DNA of 64,000 nt, taken from Lama glama (Eukaryota). This document shows, piece by piece, positions 10,940 through 24,000 of the stretch; positions within the stretch are counted from its first letter, which is position 1, and every line of letters starts with the position of its first letter. Location of the stretch: assembly GCA_028534125.1 (NCBI GenBank), contig CM052817.1:88724001-88788000 (forward strand), given 5' to 3'. The notes below the pieces were generated by a model, which saw only the letters and a program-made list of their open reading frames with translations, was not told the DNA's origin and ran no database searches. Position numbers and translations under genes: made by a program.

Positions 10940-11503
10940 TAGATAAGATTACAGATAAAATATAGGCACCTTTACAATATTTGGAATAAACTTATACAAT
11001 AAAACCACTAAGTGAATTAAGCCAGAAAGAGAAAGAAAAATACCATATGATATCGCTCATATGTGGAATCTAACAAAAAAAGAAAAAAAAAAGGACACTA
11101 GGAACTCATGTACAAAACAGAAACAGACTTGCAGACATAGTAAACAATCTTATGGTTACTGGGGGAAGGGGGTGGGAAAGGATAAATTTGGGAGTTTGAG
11201 ATTTGCAAGTGTTAGCCCCTATATATAAAAATAGATTAAAGAAAAGTTTCTTTTGTATAGCACAGGGAACTATGTTAAATATCTTGTAACAACCTTTAAT
11301 GAAAAAAATATGAAAATGAATATATGTATGTATATGCATGACTGGGACATTGGGCTATACACTAGAAATTGACACATTGTAACTGATGGTACGTCAATTA
11401 AAACAAACAAACAAACGAACAAACAAAAGTTAATTCATCATTTATATGAAAATCAAATTAGCTAACATCCTGTAATTTTTATTTGCTATATCTGACAACC
11501 CTA
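10940..11503. mobile_element. MER53-like hAT MITE interrupted by an L1 3' fragment
   Basis: Left part cagataaaatatagg...caatatttggaataaacttatac; right part atttatatgaaaatcaaatt...atcctgtaatttttatttgctatatctgacaacccta. Confidence 0.6.
11005..11428 (+). mobile_element. Lineage-specific (camelid-type) L1 3' end, 5'-truncated
   Basis: ctaagtgaattaagccagaaagagaaagaaaaataccat...tatagcacagggaactat...cattgtaactga plus a (CAAA)n tail. Similar to the L1 3' ends at about 50.1-50.5 kb and 61.7-62.0 kb. Confidence 0.9.
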
Positions 11504-11504
11504 A

Positions 11505-11669
11505 TTCTGGAGCCAGAAGGCTTAGTTCAAATTTTAACTGTACAATTGGTAGTTTTTATGAACTTGAGTATGTTGGTTAAACTCCACACCTCAGATTTCT
11601 CATTTGTAAAACTTAGCTTATAATAGTATCTATCTCACTAATAGGTTGAAAGTGTATATAGTATACATA

Positions 11670-11700
<31 letters not shown>

Positions 11701-11760
11701 GTTAAATATGTAATGCACTATGAAAAATACCTGGTTTATAGGAAGCATTATACATATGAA
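11505..11760 (+). mobile_element. MIR SINE with an internal (TA)n(CA)n microsatellite
   Basis: ctggagccag...cctcagatttctcatttgtaaaa...taatagtatctatctcac...tgtaatgcact. Confidence 0.6.
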
Positions 11761-11769
11761 TTATGGTAT

Positions 11770-12030
11770 TTTTCAGCCTTTGCTGTGATAATGCCATGTA
11801 ACTACCCCAAAACTCACTGACTTACAACAACAGATATTTATTCCTTGTTCACTAGCCTATGGATCAGTGAAAACATCTTTTAGACCGGGCCAGACAACCA
11901 TCTTTTCACATTCTTTTGGCCAAAGCAAATCATGTCACTAAACACAACATCAAGAAATAAGGAAGAATAATCCTTCTATAGAGGATGTGCTGTTGGAAAA
12001 GGGAATACACACTGGAACCACTGTCTACCA
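11770..12030 (-). mobile_element. Old MLT1 (MaLR) LTR fragment
   Basis: gtaactaccccaaaactcactgacttacaacaacagatatttatt and cacattcttttggccaaagcaaatcatg are typical reverse-strand MLT1 motifs. Confidence 0.6.
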
Positions 12031-12949
12031 GTTATTATTAATAACTATAACAATTACAGTGATTATTTCTATTGTTCAGTATACACTATTTCTAGGCACT
12101 AGAAACTCAGCAGGAAACAAAACAAAGCCCCTGTTTTCGAAAGCTTATATATCAGGGTAGAAGAGATAGATAATAAGGAAAAAGAATCAAGTGGTGTTCT
12201 TTACTCTGGGGAAAATTAATGGACACTAAAGGAGAAGGAGTCCTTAGATATTGGATATGTAGGAAAAGACAGCATCCAAAGGGCACACTCCACTGTGAAG
12301 CTACACACTACACTTACCTCCACAATGTGCGGTAATACCTGGTCATAATTCCATCTCACAGAACTGTCCTTTCACTCAACTCTTTTTATGTGACTTTGGA
12401 AATGTTCATTCTATAATAACTTTTTAAAAGCATACGAGTGCTCTAAATTTAGCTAATTTTAGTGAAATTGAAGCATCAAATACACAGCCAGAAAAAAAAA
12501 TGATCCTTATAGGCTTTGAACATAAACACATTTCTTTTCATGAACCACTGTAAGCCTTCATGTGAATAATACAAAGAAAGTTTTGTTTATTTAGCAATCT
12601 ATTACTAAACAAATTGAATATTTACTGAATGATACCACTTGGTGAACTGACTTTCAATGAATTGCAGTATTTTGGAAAATTGGCTTTAAGCCAGTTGACT
12701 GAGAGGCACACTTACCATTCTTCTCCCAAAGGCACGTGTACACACACACACACACACAATTATATGGGGTTAAAACTGCCCAGAACACATTAAGACAGGA
12801 AGTTGGGAGAGATGTTGGCAATGAAACGTGTACTTTTGAAAGTGCAGTGCTAACACACATAGTTCAATTAGGAAGAGTATTAATACAGTGACAAAAAATC
12901 TCTAATAAGACACGTGCCAAGAATATGGAGCATTTCAAATAATCTACCT

Positions 12950-14300
12950 ATCCTGAATCTTCACAGAAACAGGGAGCTGAGGCAGGGAAGGAGCCAAATT
13001 TAACATAGCAGAACCAGAACAGATAAATGTTCCATATGCCCCAAATTATACTAGAACCTACACTACAGCCATGAAAAGAAAATTCAACCAGCACACACTG
13101 GTCAATGAACATACCCAGGAGAAATCCTTCATACCTTCTTGACACATATATATCAGGGCAAACATTACTGAAGGAAAAAAAAGGATGAAGTAACTATTAA
13201 AATAGACTGATGGACCAGTAGAATTAGAGATCCCATTCTGAAAACTTAAAGGAAGAACAAACATTTTTAACCTGATTTTCCGTAAGAAATAAAACAAAAC
13301 AAAAGATAAACACAAATCATGAATAGGAATAATTAATAATTGCAGGTTGTAGAGAAAGGGGGAAAATGAGGGAACAACAGAAAGAGATACAAAGACTAAA
13401 AACAAGTTTAATGGAGCAGAAGATAAAAAGGAAGTATTGAAATGTATCTAAATTTATAAAGCATAACTAAAGTTAATATTAAAGAAACTAAATACACATG
13501 TTATTTGAAGAAAAATCAAAGGACAAAAAGGCAAATTTTGAAAGATTGCTCAGAGTATAAGGGTAAGGATAAAGAGATTAAGGTGAGGAAGATAATGATA
13601 AAAATGAGGAGAGAAAATGAAAAACCATTTTATAATGTACAGATGGGTGACTTAGCATCCAAGGCTCCACAGGGTCTGTCCCTGGTTCCCGGCCATGAAG
13701 GGATATACTGGGCCACAGATGGGATTTCTGGAGGGGTGGAGGGTGACCCCAAAGCTGTTAAGGTCCACCCTTCTATTATACAGAATTTTGCTCCCTGCAG
13801 CCAGAACTCAAGGGAGCTCCTTGGCACTACCATCCAGGGCAGTGCCAGAGAGTCCACTGATTAGAGATACTTGGGAGAACTGACTCTTCAGAAGGCCCTG
13901 TGTATCTGACTCAAGGGACCTACCAAGCTCTGCATCAGGAGTGCAGTTTGGGGAACCAATGTTCTAGAAAATGGCCTTCTGGGCTGGGGTGGCTCCTGTG
14001 CACAAATACCTAAAGCTCCTGGATGCCTGAGGGCAGGCGCTACAAGTGAACTGGGCATGCACACGCCCCCCCCCCACTGCAACCCCACCCCTAACCAGGA
14101 AGCCAGGCTCCCTGGGGTTTCTGGGTCTGACCATGCATGGCCTGACCACACATGGGGAATTCTGGGGGACATAAAATGTTAAAGAAATGATTTGTTAGAT
14201 AACTTCATGGAAAGAATACAATCAAAATGGAAATTATATATACATTCAAACTGGAAGATTAGTTCCTGTCAATGAAATAATAGCTAGTTATTCATATCAG
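12950..14300 (+). mobile_element. Very old L1ME/HAL1-like ORF1 relic, interrupted by a GC-rich block at 13636-14170
   Basis: A/G-rich sequence on both sides of the block loosely resembles degraded L1/HAL1 ORF1. Weak similarity only. Confidence 0.35.
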
Positions 14301-14339
14301 ACAAAAATCTTTCTTACTTACTATGAAGGCACATATAGT

Positions 14340-14880
14340 TTAAAAAGTTGACTGTTGACTTGTTGCAATGAAAAAAATGAACACAATGGAGAATCATAGG
14401 GCTCCTTGATAAGAGGTATTTGATTTAGGGGAGGTTTAAAGAACGTGGTACTTTGCTCTAGAATGGATGTTGTCTGAAAATGGTATAATTCTATGCTTGA
14501 GCATCTTAAAATCTAGAAAATTGTAGGAATGAAGTGTGGGTAGTTATGTAAAGGAAACTAGACAGATGGACCTTTAACTAATGAAGAAGCAGTGGCTGTT
14601 TATATTGGTCAGGATAGGTGAATCTTTGGTCATTGTGGTGTTTTATTTTTATATAAGTTCAGTTATTTTATATGAGTTCACTCTGTGACTATGGAATGGT
14701 CTTGGTTTTGTCTTAATTCATCAAGATCAGAGTGGTGTTATCCATTGTTTGTATTCTGGGAATTTTTATATTCAGTAGAACACAAAGACTAGCTGAAATT
14801 ACCTAGCTGTGAATGGCAGGTTAGCTATTGGCAACAAGAGGCCAGTTCCTGGCTATCAGAACCATATTTTTGTATCTCCT
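14340..14880 (-). mobile_element. MER90-like ERV1 LTR
   Basis: ctttgctctagaatggatgttgtc, aagaagcagtggctg, ggaatggtcttggttttgtctt, cctagctgtgaatggcagg and ggccagttcctggctatcag match recalled MER90 in reverse. Confidence 0.65.
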
Positions 14881-15159
14881 TCCCCCCATTTCCAACCAAA
14901 GACAGATGAAATCAGGTTGCAGGACATTAATTTATGATACAAAGATCTTCACTATTGCTAAAAATCTGCTGATCAGGAGACTATTCGGAAAATGCAGCCT
15001 GTAGTTGTATTGATATTTGCTCCTTTTGTACCAGGATGAGTTGATGAATGCTCGGACTTGACAGTGGATGTGTGGCAGCATGTAATATTCCGGGCAGGAT
15101 ATATCAGCCAACTTCAACACAGGCAATTATCAGAAACAGCAGTTTTGGCTTCTGGTAAA

Positions 15160-15340
15160 CAGATCTCGGTCGCTCAGTCTCTCTGGGTGAGCTTGATCTC
15201 TCCAAACACTGAGATGGCGGCTGGCCAGGCAACCTCAATTCTTGGATGAGTCTAAGAAAAACCATTGATTTTGAGTTTGTCCAAAATTTGCTAATGTCAG
15301 TTTCTCAACTCTGCACATCTTGGAGCTGAAACTGAAAGCC
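15160..15340 (-). mobile_element. Old L1 (L1MC/MD-like) 5' terminus fragment
   Basis: acctcaattcttggatgagtctaagaaaaaccattgatttt...cacatcttggagctgaaactgaaagccc resembles the reversed L1M 5' end. Confidence 0.55.
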
Positions 15341-16039
15341 CATTTAACTAATAATTTTTAACCTTAGGTATCTACAAGTTTTCCTAGCTTACAAGGCAAT
15401 CTTGGAACTCTAGGAGGAACCTAATGTTTGATTTAATTTAATCTGATTTTTCAGCAAGACAATTACCAATAAATGATAGTAATTTTACAAGTATGTAAAG
15501 TACACCATAATTTGTCCCAAGTACAAATATTTGTGGTATCATGATTTGGGTAACTTTTTTTATCTATTGTGTCAATTTCTATAACTCATTCATTTCCTTT
15601 CTCATATTTCTCTTCATTTTGATTCTCTATAGTTCCCTCCTTATTTCGTTGCTTTGATTTCTGTTGTGATTACCTCTCTTTTCTTTTTTTCCCTTAAATG
15701 TGTTTGAATTCTAATAAAACTTTGAAATATATGAACATTAAACATTTATTTTACATTTTTTGTCTCCAAAGGTAGGATTAAGATAAATTAATAATTATGT
15801 TCCTAACTTCAGGATCCCATGTTTTGTGATCTAGATAAAGTCCACAAGAAATAAAATTAGCAAATGTTAATTTATTATTTTGAAGAGTAAATCATATCAT
15901 TTTGTCTCCAAATATATCATTAATTTTTGAAGATTCAGTAATGATACCTTTTTTTTGTTTTGTTTTGTTTTGGTTTTTTTTGCTTCTTAAACAGGGATTT
16001 TAGAAAAAGCCACACAGTTTTCAAGTAAACCCATATATC

Positions 16040-16422
16040 TGTTGACAAACTGGCCTCATACACAGAGGGCAAGAAGAGACTGAAGAAAGAGGCAGGCTTC
16101 AGATTGGTACCATGGCAGTTTTAATAAGCAAGGGGACCTACCTACGAGGCTTGCCTTGGGAGGCCACAAGATGAGTAGATCTCCGCACTTGCCTGCCAGA
16201 ATCTTAAAAGCTTAGAGACCTCAGTTGGATTCAATCATGAATTCAGCCCAGATGGTCTCAACAACACCTTATTATCCCTAGGCTTCACTTGTGGAACGAC
16301 TCCCAGTATGGGAACAGTAGACAGAATGTACATTCCAAGGACAGAGGAGGGAGCCTCCAAATGCCTGGGTCCAGCTGGAGGGTCAACCAGAGGTCACATC
16401 CTCATGATCACCTCCTCTAATA
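16040..16422 (-). mobile_element. ERV solo LTR, family unassigned
   Basis: GC-richer block starting TGTTG and ending ...CTAATA (a degenerate ...ACA). ttttaat near 16120 is a minus-strand poly(A)-signal variant. Confidence 0.6.
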
Positions 16423-18214
16423 CCATATAGCACATTGCAAGAGAGAAATAAGGTTCTGACTAATGTTTATGAAGAAAAGATCTAGTTCAATGAGTAATAT
16501 TAGGAGGCTATTTGTCAGGATGGTCAAAAACTCTGCCAAAGAATGTTTTATACAAATATATATATATATATTTCTCCAAATTGTGGCAAAGGTCACAAAA
16601 ATTAATTTGAATATGTAATAAGGATGATTTAACATCTTAATTTTAATACTGTTTAAGATATAGTTAATCTAAAATTTTTGTATGAACTAGAATTTAGAGA
16701 TAGATAAATTATCCCTTAGATCTTGGACTTTTTTTTGAAATCAAAGAAAGTTAATGGAACAAGCAAACAAACATATAAGTCATTTTAAAAGAGCCATATT
16801 TTACCACAATGTATTAAAATATAATCAATACATTTTAAAATGTCTTGGCTAGAATTATAACTTACAGAAAATCTTTCCATTATTATGTTCTATAAATATT
16901 ATGCAGATGGACATAATCTTTCTGTGCCTCCCACAGTCATTTAAAATGTTTATCTTTAGTCAACAGTGGAGTAGACTGCTTTAATATCTAAAGATCGAAA
17001 CACAAGACACATGATTTAATTTTATCAGAAAGTCTTGCAATCTGTAGTTTACTACCGATAGCTAGTTTGCACAGATGACAATGCCAGAAGCTGACTATAT
17101 CTAGATAATTAGCTAAGTCATGTTACTAAGTGAAAGTTTGCAATTAGCTAGTTTGATTCCCTTATTTCTGAGGTAAACATGTAAGACAAATACAAATTTA
17201 TGATATATAGATAAAACTTACCACTCAAAGCCTTTTTATTAAAAACTAGCTATATATGTGTGGCTTATGCATTGCATATGCACACATATGTACAGATAAG
17301 CTTCCTTTAACTTGTGATTTAAATTCTGATTCTTGGAATTTAGATCTTTCAGCTCTTCATATTGGTTTAGTTTAGGTGAAATTTATAGAGTTAAAAAATT
17401 ATTGATGTGGAAATATTTGAAGATATCTTCATAGCAACTTATTTCAAACTTTAATTAAATTATCAAGTGTATTGGTTGTCTGTTGGTGTGCATGCTGTAT
17501 CTAATGCTTTCAGAGGAAACTGCTTTCTGAGTCAGGGCACATGAGTTAAAAAAGCAACCTTCTGTGAATAAGGATGACCAGTAATGACTGAATGAGGCCT
17601 GATGGAAGAAAAGGTTTCCAGAGTGTATTTCATGTCTTTAAAGGAATGTTGGAATTGGAGAAGGTCAGATAAATGGAAAACGTTTTAAAGATGATTTGGG
17701 TTAATAGCTTTCAGTTAAAAATGAGGAAAACAAAACAAAAAATAATGAATTAAATGACTTATCCTAAGTTATAGAGACAAAGCAATCAAATTGAAGCCAA
17801 AAGTTGGTATTTGATCTTGTTGCCTATCCTAGTGAGGAACACTGTTAACTATGTCTTCAAATCATGTATTAGAACTCACAAGTAGATAGCAAGACTTCAG
17901 TGTTTAATCTTAGATCCCACACTCAGAGGAGGAGTTTTGGAGGGGGTAGGTGTGGTGATTTGGCAAACAGTACACACAGTATCAGAAGGGAGACATAAGA
18001 TTAGTAAGAAGGAAATTTGCTCAGCTACTGAGCAACACAAATTATTTTTGTCCCACCTGAAGCCACAGAAATCAATAAAAATCTTATACCCCGTCTCTAG
18101 AATGCTTTGACGGAGGTGAGCATATGGCAGTGTTTTTTCTTTCTTTCTTAATTTTGGCAAATCTTCTCTATTCTAGTACTTTTACACATTAGAGCAGAAT
18201 TCAAAAATTTACAT

Positions 18215-18308
18215 GGGGGAAGTACAGCTCAGTGGTAGAGTGCACGCTTGGCACACACAGGGTCTGGGTTCAATCCCCAGCACTTCTGTTAAAAAAGAAA
18301 GAAAGAAA
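18215..18308 (+). mobile_element. tRNA-derived SINE, Vic-1-like
   Basis: GGGGGAAGTACAGCTCAGTGGTAGAG...GGTTCAATCCCCAGCAC followed by an A-rich (GAAA)n tail. Confidence 0.85.
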
Positions 18309-18737
18309 ATTCAAAGTCAAATAAAAATAAATATATAGTTTAAAAAAATTTTTTTAATTTATTTTAATAACAAGCTAATAAATCTCTATTAAGGATATCT
18401 ATATTTCAAGATCTATTAATTACTGATATGAGAGCTATAAATTGTTTAGAATAAATATCTGAGGTAAGAATAAAGGAGAAGCCAGGTTTAGGGATATAGA
18501 AATGCCAAAAAGAAACACCATATTAGAGAACAACAACAACAAAAAATGAGAGACTTTGGATTTCAATCAGAATGCAATTTAAATTATTCTTGAATATTAC
18601 TTCCACTAGTTATTGGATAAATAGTAACTAAGAATCAAATAAAGAGCCCATTTATAGTTATATTTGTACACTGACTTACACAGTTGTACCACTGGTGGCT
18701 TACTGTGTTGTTTAGAATTCAGTCCCTGACACGTGCT

Positions 18738-19220
18738 CATTAGTCATTCATTCAGCAAATATTTGTCAAGTAGCTACTATGAGCCAGACATTTTTCTATG
18801 TTGTAAACCTCAGTTGACAAAACTAAGTTACTTGACCCCAGGATGCATATATCCTAGAGGAGAGAGACAGGCAGGCAACAATAGAAATGATAAGTAAATT
18901 GTTTACTGAGAGCATACAGTTATATGATGAGGAAAGGTGTTAAAAGCATAAAATGGAAACGGTGGTAGGGTAAAGCAAACTGGGACCCCTGGAGTGGGTG
19001 GTGAGCAGCTTGCAGTATTCTATAGGGAAGTCAACATGAAGATGGGATATGAGCTTGGAGACTTGAAAGCAGAATAAAATTGAACTGACAGCTCTATGGG
19101 AGGGAAGAATCCTCCAGGCATGGAAACAGCCACTGTAAAGCCATAAGGCTAAAGTGTGACTGTCATGTTTGAGAAACAGAGGGAGTTGAGCATGGCTGGC
19201 ATGGAGTGAGCAAGGGCTAG
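18738..19220 (-). mobile_element. L2 3' region
   Basis: cattcattcagcaaatatttgtcaag...tgagccagaca is the reversed L2 3' terminus, followed by gggaagaatcctccaggcatggaaacagc...gcatggctggcatggagtgagcaaggg. Confidence 0.8.
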
Positions 19221-21049
19221 AAGAACAGGTTATTCATTAATACCTGGTCCAGCCTCACTTCCTGATTTCGGGGTTCTTAATTCCTTCTCAGCTGAGTTAA
19301 CTTCAGGGTCACGGAAGCATCCTGGAACTGCCACTTCTCCATGCTAACAATGGCATATGGAAGTTCTACTATACTACTTCCAGTGCAGTGTCTGTGGTGC
19401 CATTCAAATCAAGGAGCCCCTTCCCTACTTAGGAATTTCTTCACAACTTTTGAAATGATTACTTCCTCAATACTGAAATTTGAGGTGTCAAAATTGGACT
19501 TCCTTCTGTAAAGAAGTATAAATAAACATGCTTCTCAGTTCAAATAAATACAGTATTTCCAACTAAATAAACACATTATGTATTATATAATACATATGAG
19601 GCTCAGGTACCTTAAGTTATTCACTATGATATCCAAATTGTTTTGAAAATGGGTTGATTTTGTCACATTCCCAACACTTCAGTTTTCCATAAGGGTGATG
19701 TCTTTGTTACATATTTTTTGAATTAGTTTTCTTGTTCATGTATATTTTTAAATGAGTGTTTTCTTTCTAAAATTACTCTATTTTGAAAACATATTTTTAA
19801 AAACCTAAGTAATAGGGTTTGCTTTATATTTATTTTTCTCACTGAGGTCCTACTGGTCTCCCTGTGGGAATCTGCCAAATACAATACATTTTTAAAGGTT
19901 TTGAAAATTAAAACCCCTATGAAAAACTTAATTCTTGCATGCCCTTCACTCTTGTGTTTTTTCTTCTTATGTAAAATATCAGCATACACACCAGAATGGA
20001 GAAAGAACATATTCTGAATTATCTTTCAACATCACCTTATGGTTTCCTCAGCATCATTGGCCGTGTACTCCTGGCAGTGGGGAATATTTTGGCAATGTCG
20101 AAGCATGATTTCCTACTTGCTCTCACATATGAGCCAAATGGGTAAACAGCCGGGAGCTGCTAGCCTTGGAGAAGCCTATTCACAAGAGACCAAATCGCTG
20201 ACATAGTCAGGGCATATACTTAGTAGCTCCTTTCCTTTTGCTGTGTGGTATGGATCAAGATAATAGTAAATAAAACATTATAAAATTAAGAAAATTAAAA
20301 ATGCTTTTCAAAATTTCACCAAACAATTTAATTTGTACATCTCTTTGTAAATCATAAATCTACAGTGAATAGATAAAATAACTAAAAATGTATGCATCTG
20401 AGACATATTCTCAGACTAAGTATCTGATTATCTTTGTGTTTTATTAAAGTGTACATTGGTTTAGGGGGTTGAGAAAAGAATAAAAATTCTTATGACATTT
20501 TGTTGTCTTAGAGAAATCATTACTAAATCATCCATTAGGAGCTTTTTTCCTGCTTACTACATATATCAAAAAGGAGTATGGAAGTCTCCCATATAGGTAA
20601 TGATTCTATTTCTATTTTCATTTCTAAATAGCTTTGATTTTCATGTTTAGATATACCACTGTGGACACAAAATCTTTGTAAGAGCCCTCTTTTTTTTTTT
20701 TTGTATTGTAACTTTATTCATATAAGTACCTTACATTGCTTATTGCTTTAAGCTTTTAAAATATTGTTCTCACTGGTCATTTCTGTTTGGTTATATATTT
20801 CTGAGTTTACATTTCTCTTTTAGATGTATTTCTTATGTTGTACAATTACATGTGTTATAGACAGCTGAAGTTTTTTAGAAAGTAGAAAAATATAATATTT
20901 TCTTTCATTATCTTTTAACTTCTCTGCTGTGCTTTAACGTAACCTATTTCACTGCTATCCCCCAAATTTCCAGTTAAATTATACCCTGCCTGGCTGACCA
21001 CTAAGATAGGCACCCAACCCAAGGACATTTCTGGGGACATCAGACCCCA

Positions 21050-24000
21050 TGATGAACTTAGTAGATAGGACTTCAAAGCAGTAAGTTTAAGTATGTTCAA
21101 AGAAAATAAGAGATATTTTTAAAGAATTAAAGGAGAATATGATGATGATTTATCAAATTTAAAAATCTCAATAAAGAGATAGAAATTATATAATTTTAAT
21201 ACATTAATCTCTAGAGTTTACAAGTACAATAACAAAAATGAAAAAAATTTTCTAGAGGGAATGAATCAACAGTAGATTTAGCTGGCATAAGAAAGCCTCA
21301 GAAGATTTGAAGATAGATCCATAGAGATTATGTAATCTGAAGAAGAGAAAGAACAATGGTGAAATGGTGACTCAAGACACCCATGAAGTATCATGAAGCA
21401 GATCATCATAGACGCAGAGGGAGTAAGAAAAAAAAGAAAGAAACAGACCGGAAAAAAAAAAATGTTTGAAGAAATAATGGCTAAAACTTTCAAAATTTTA
21501 TTAAACACAATTAACCTACATATTATAAAAGCCCAATAAATTCTAAGTGGAATAAAATATATTTACACTTAGACACACAGGGTCAATCTATTGAAACACG
21601 ATGACAAAAAGAAAACCTTCAAAGCAGCAAGTAAAAATTGATGTGTCACATACAAGTCAATTGCATAAAGTATAAAAGCTGACTTCTTTTCAAAAATGAT
21701 GAAGGCCAGAAGGCAGTTTGATGATATATTCACAACGCTACAAGTAAAACAGTAACTACCAATAAAACCCAAAGAAAACCAACCAAACAAAAAAACCCAT
21801 CAACAAAGTATCTTATATATGGAAAATCTATCCTTCTAAAATGAAAGTGAATTGAAGACAGACAGAAATAACAAAGACTCAGAAACATCATTGCTATAAG
21901 AGGTGAATTATGAGTATGTGTTTTTTTAAGTTACATAGTTTGAAATAAAGTGAGAGCAGAAATAATTCAAATCTGCATGAAGAAATAATGGTATTTATTG
22001 GTAAAAAAACAAATAGGTAGGTAACTATAAAATATAGTATGATTATCAATTTTTCTCCATTCTTTTAATTGTCTTTTAAAAACTACAGAAAAAAACAATT
22101 ACAAAATTATATTCTTGGAGATACATATACACACACATACATGATAAGCGGGCAAAGGAAGAGTCGGGTAATAAAACTGAAGTGAGGAAATGATACTAAG
22201 TTGTTATTCAAATCCAAAAGAAGAAATTTAAAATCCAGGAAATAATAAATAAGTAGTTTAATATACAAAACTCTGTAAATATATTCTATTTTTTCTTTGT
22301 TCTTTTAGTTTCTTTAAAAGGTACAGGATTATATAGAGCATTAATTATAATACTGTTTTTGGGTTTAGAACATACACAGATGCAATATATATCATTTAAG
22401 ACAAAGAAAGGGAGAAAAATGTAGTTATATTGGTACAATGTCTATATTTCAATGGAATTAAATTCATATAAATCTGAGACAGATTTAGATAAGATTTATA
22501 ATGTCATCTCTAGAGCTACTACTAAGAAGAAAGAGCAAAAATACAAAGTATTTTAATAGTACACATGCACTTATCACAATAGATGGCAGTAAAGGAAGAC
22601 CAACAAACAGAGTCATGATTAACATATAGAAAAAAAAATCAACATAGAAGATATAAATTCAAGCAGAACAGTAATAATATAAAATATGAATAATAAAAAA
22701 CTCAAATCAAAAACTTCAGGTTTTATCTAAGGCAAAAGAAATGGAAGAGAAAACTAAATCCAAAGCAAGAAAAATAAACTTCAAAAAGGAATTAATAAAA
22801 TGAGAACATAAATTAATAAAGCACAAAATTTAAAAAGCAATAGAGAAAATTTATAGCACTAGAATTTTGTTCTTTTTGAAAATAAAAAAAAAAACCCGAC
22901 AACATTTAACTAGACTGACAAAGAAAAATACAGAGAAAACATAAATTATTAACATCAGGAATGAAAGAGGAGAATACTAACAACTGACCTAACAGATTTA
23001 AAACAATTAAGGAATACTATGAACAAATTTATGTCACAAATTACACAACTTAGATAAATTTAAAAATTCCTATATACACAAATTTAGCTGAATAGACTCA
23101 AGAAAAAACAGAAAATTGAGTACACCTATTTTAAAAATGAAATTAAGTTAGTAAATAAAAATTGTCCCCCCACAAAAAAATATCCTGCCCCAGATGGCTG
23201 CAGTGTAATTTCTACCAAACATTTTCACAAAAAGTAATACTGATACTCCCTAGGCTATGCCATATAATAGAGCACGAGGGACTACTTCTTAGCTCATTCT
23301 CTAAGGCCAGTGCTACCCAGATTCCAAAGCTAGACAAGATGTCACAAATCAAGAAACCTACAGACAAAGATATCATAAATCAAGAAAACTATAGACCAAA
23401 TCCCTCATAGTTACAGATAGAAAAATCTTCAACAAAATACTAGCAAAACAAATCCAGCAACATATAAAAAGTGATTATATACCATGACAAGAGGGATTTA
23501 TCACAAGAAGGGAAAGTTGGGTTACTATGCCCCAGAATCAGTTAGGTAATATACCATGCAAGAGAATAAAAGACAAAAACCAAATTTTATCTCCAAAGAT
23601 ACAAAACATCAACTTACAAAATTCAAAATCCACCATGAATTTAAAAAAAAAAATTCAGTGCGCTAGAAATAGATGGGAAATACTTCCACTTGATACTGAA
23701 CATTTACCAAAACAAAACAAAACAAAAAACCCCCAAAAACAACAACAACAAAAGAAACCAAAAAAGCTTACAATTGACTTCATACTTAATGGTGAATGAC
23801 TATGTGCTTTTCTCTTAAGATCTTCAACAAGATTCTGCCCACTCAGCACTTCTATTCAACAGCCTACCGCAGGTTTTAGCCAGCATTTAGGCAAGATAAA
23901 GAACAGAGTGAGAGAAATAAAATCTGGATAGATTGAAAAAGAAAAAATAAACTGCTTTTACTAACAACATGCTCTTGTATGCAGAAAATAATGAGGAATA

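Noticed and set aside
18215..18290. tRNA-like sequences here and at about 5240-5310 and 62626-62700
   Set aside because: They have A-rich tails, a TSD in at least one case and degenerate stems, so they are SINE copies and not tRNA genes.
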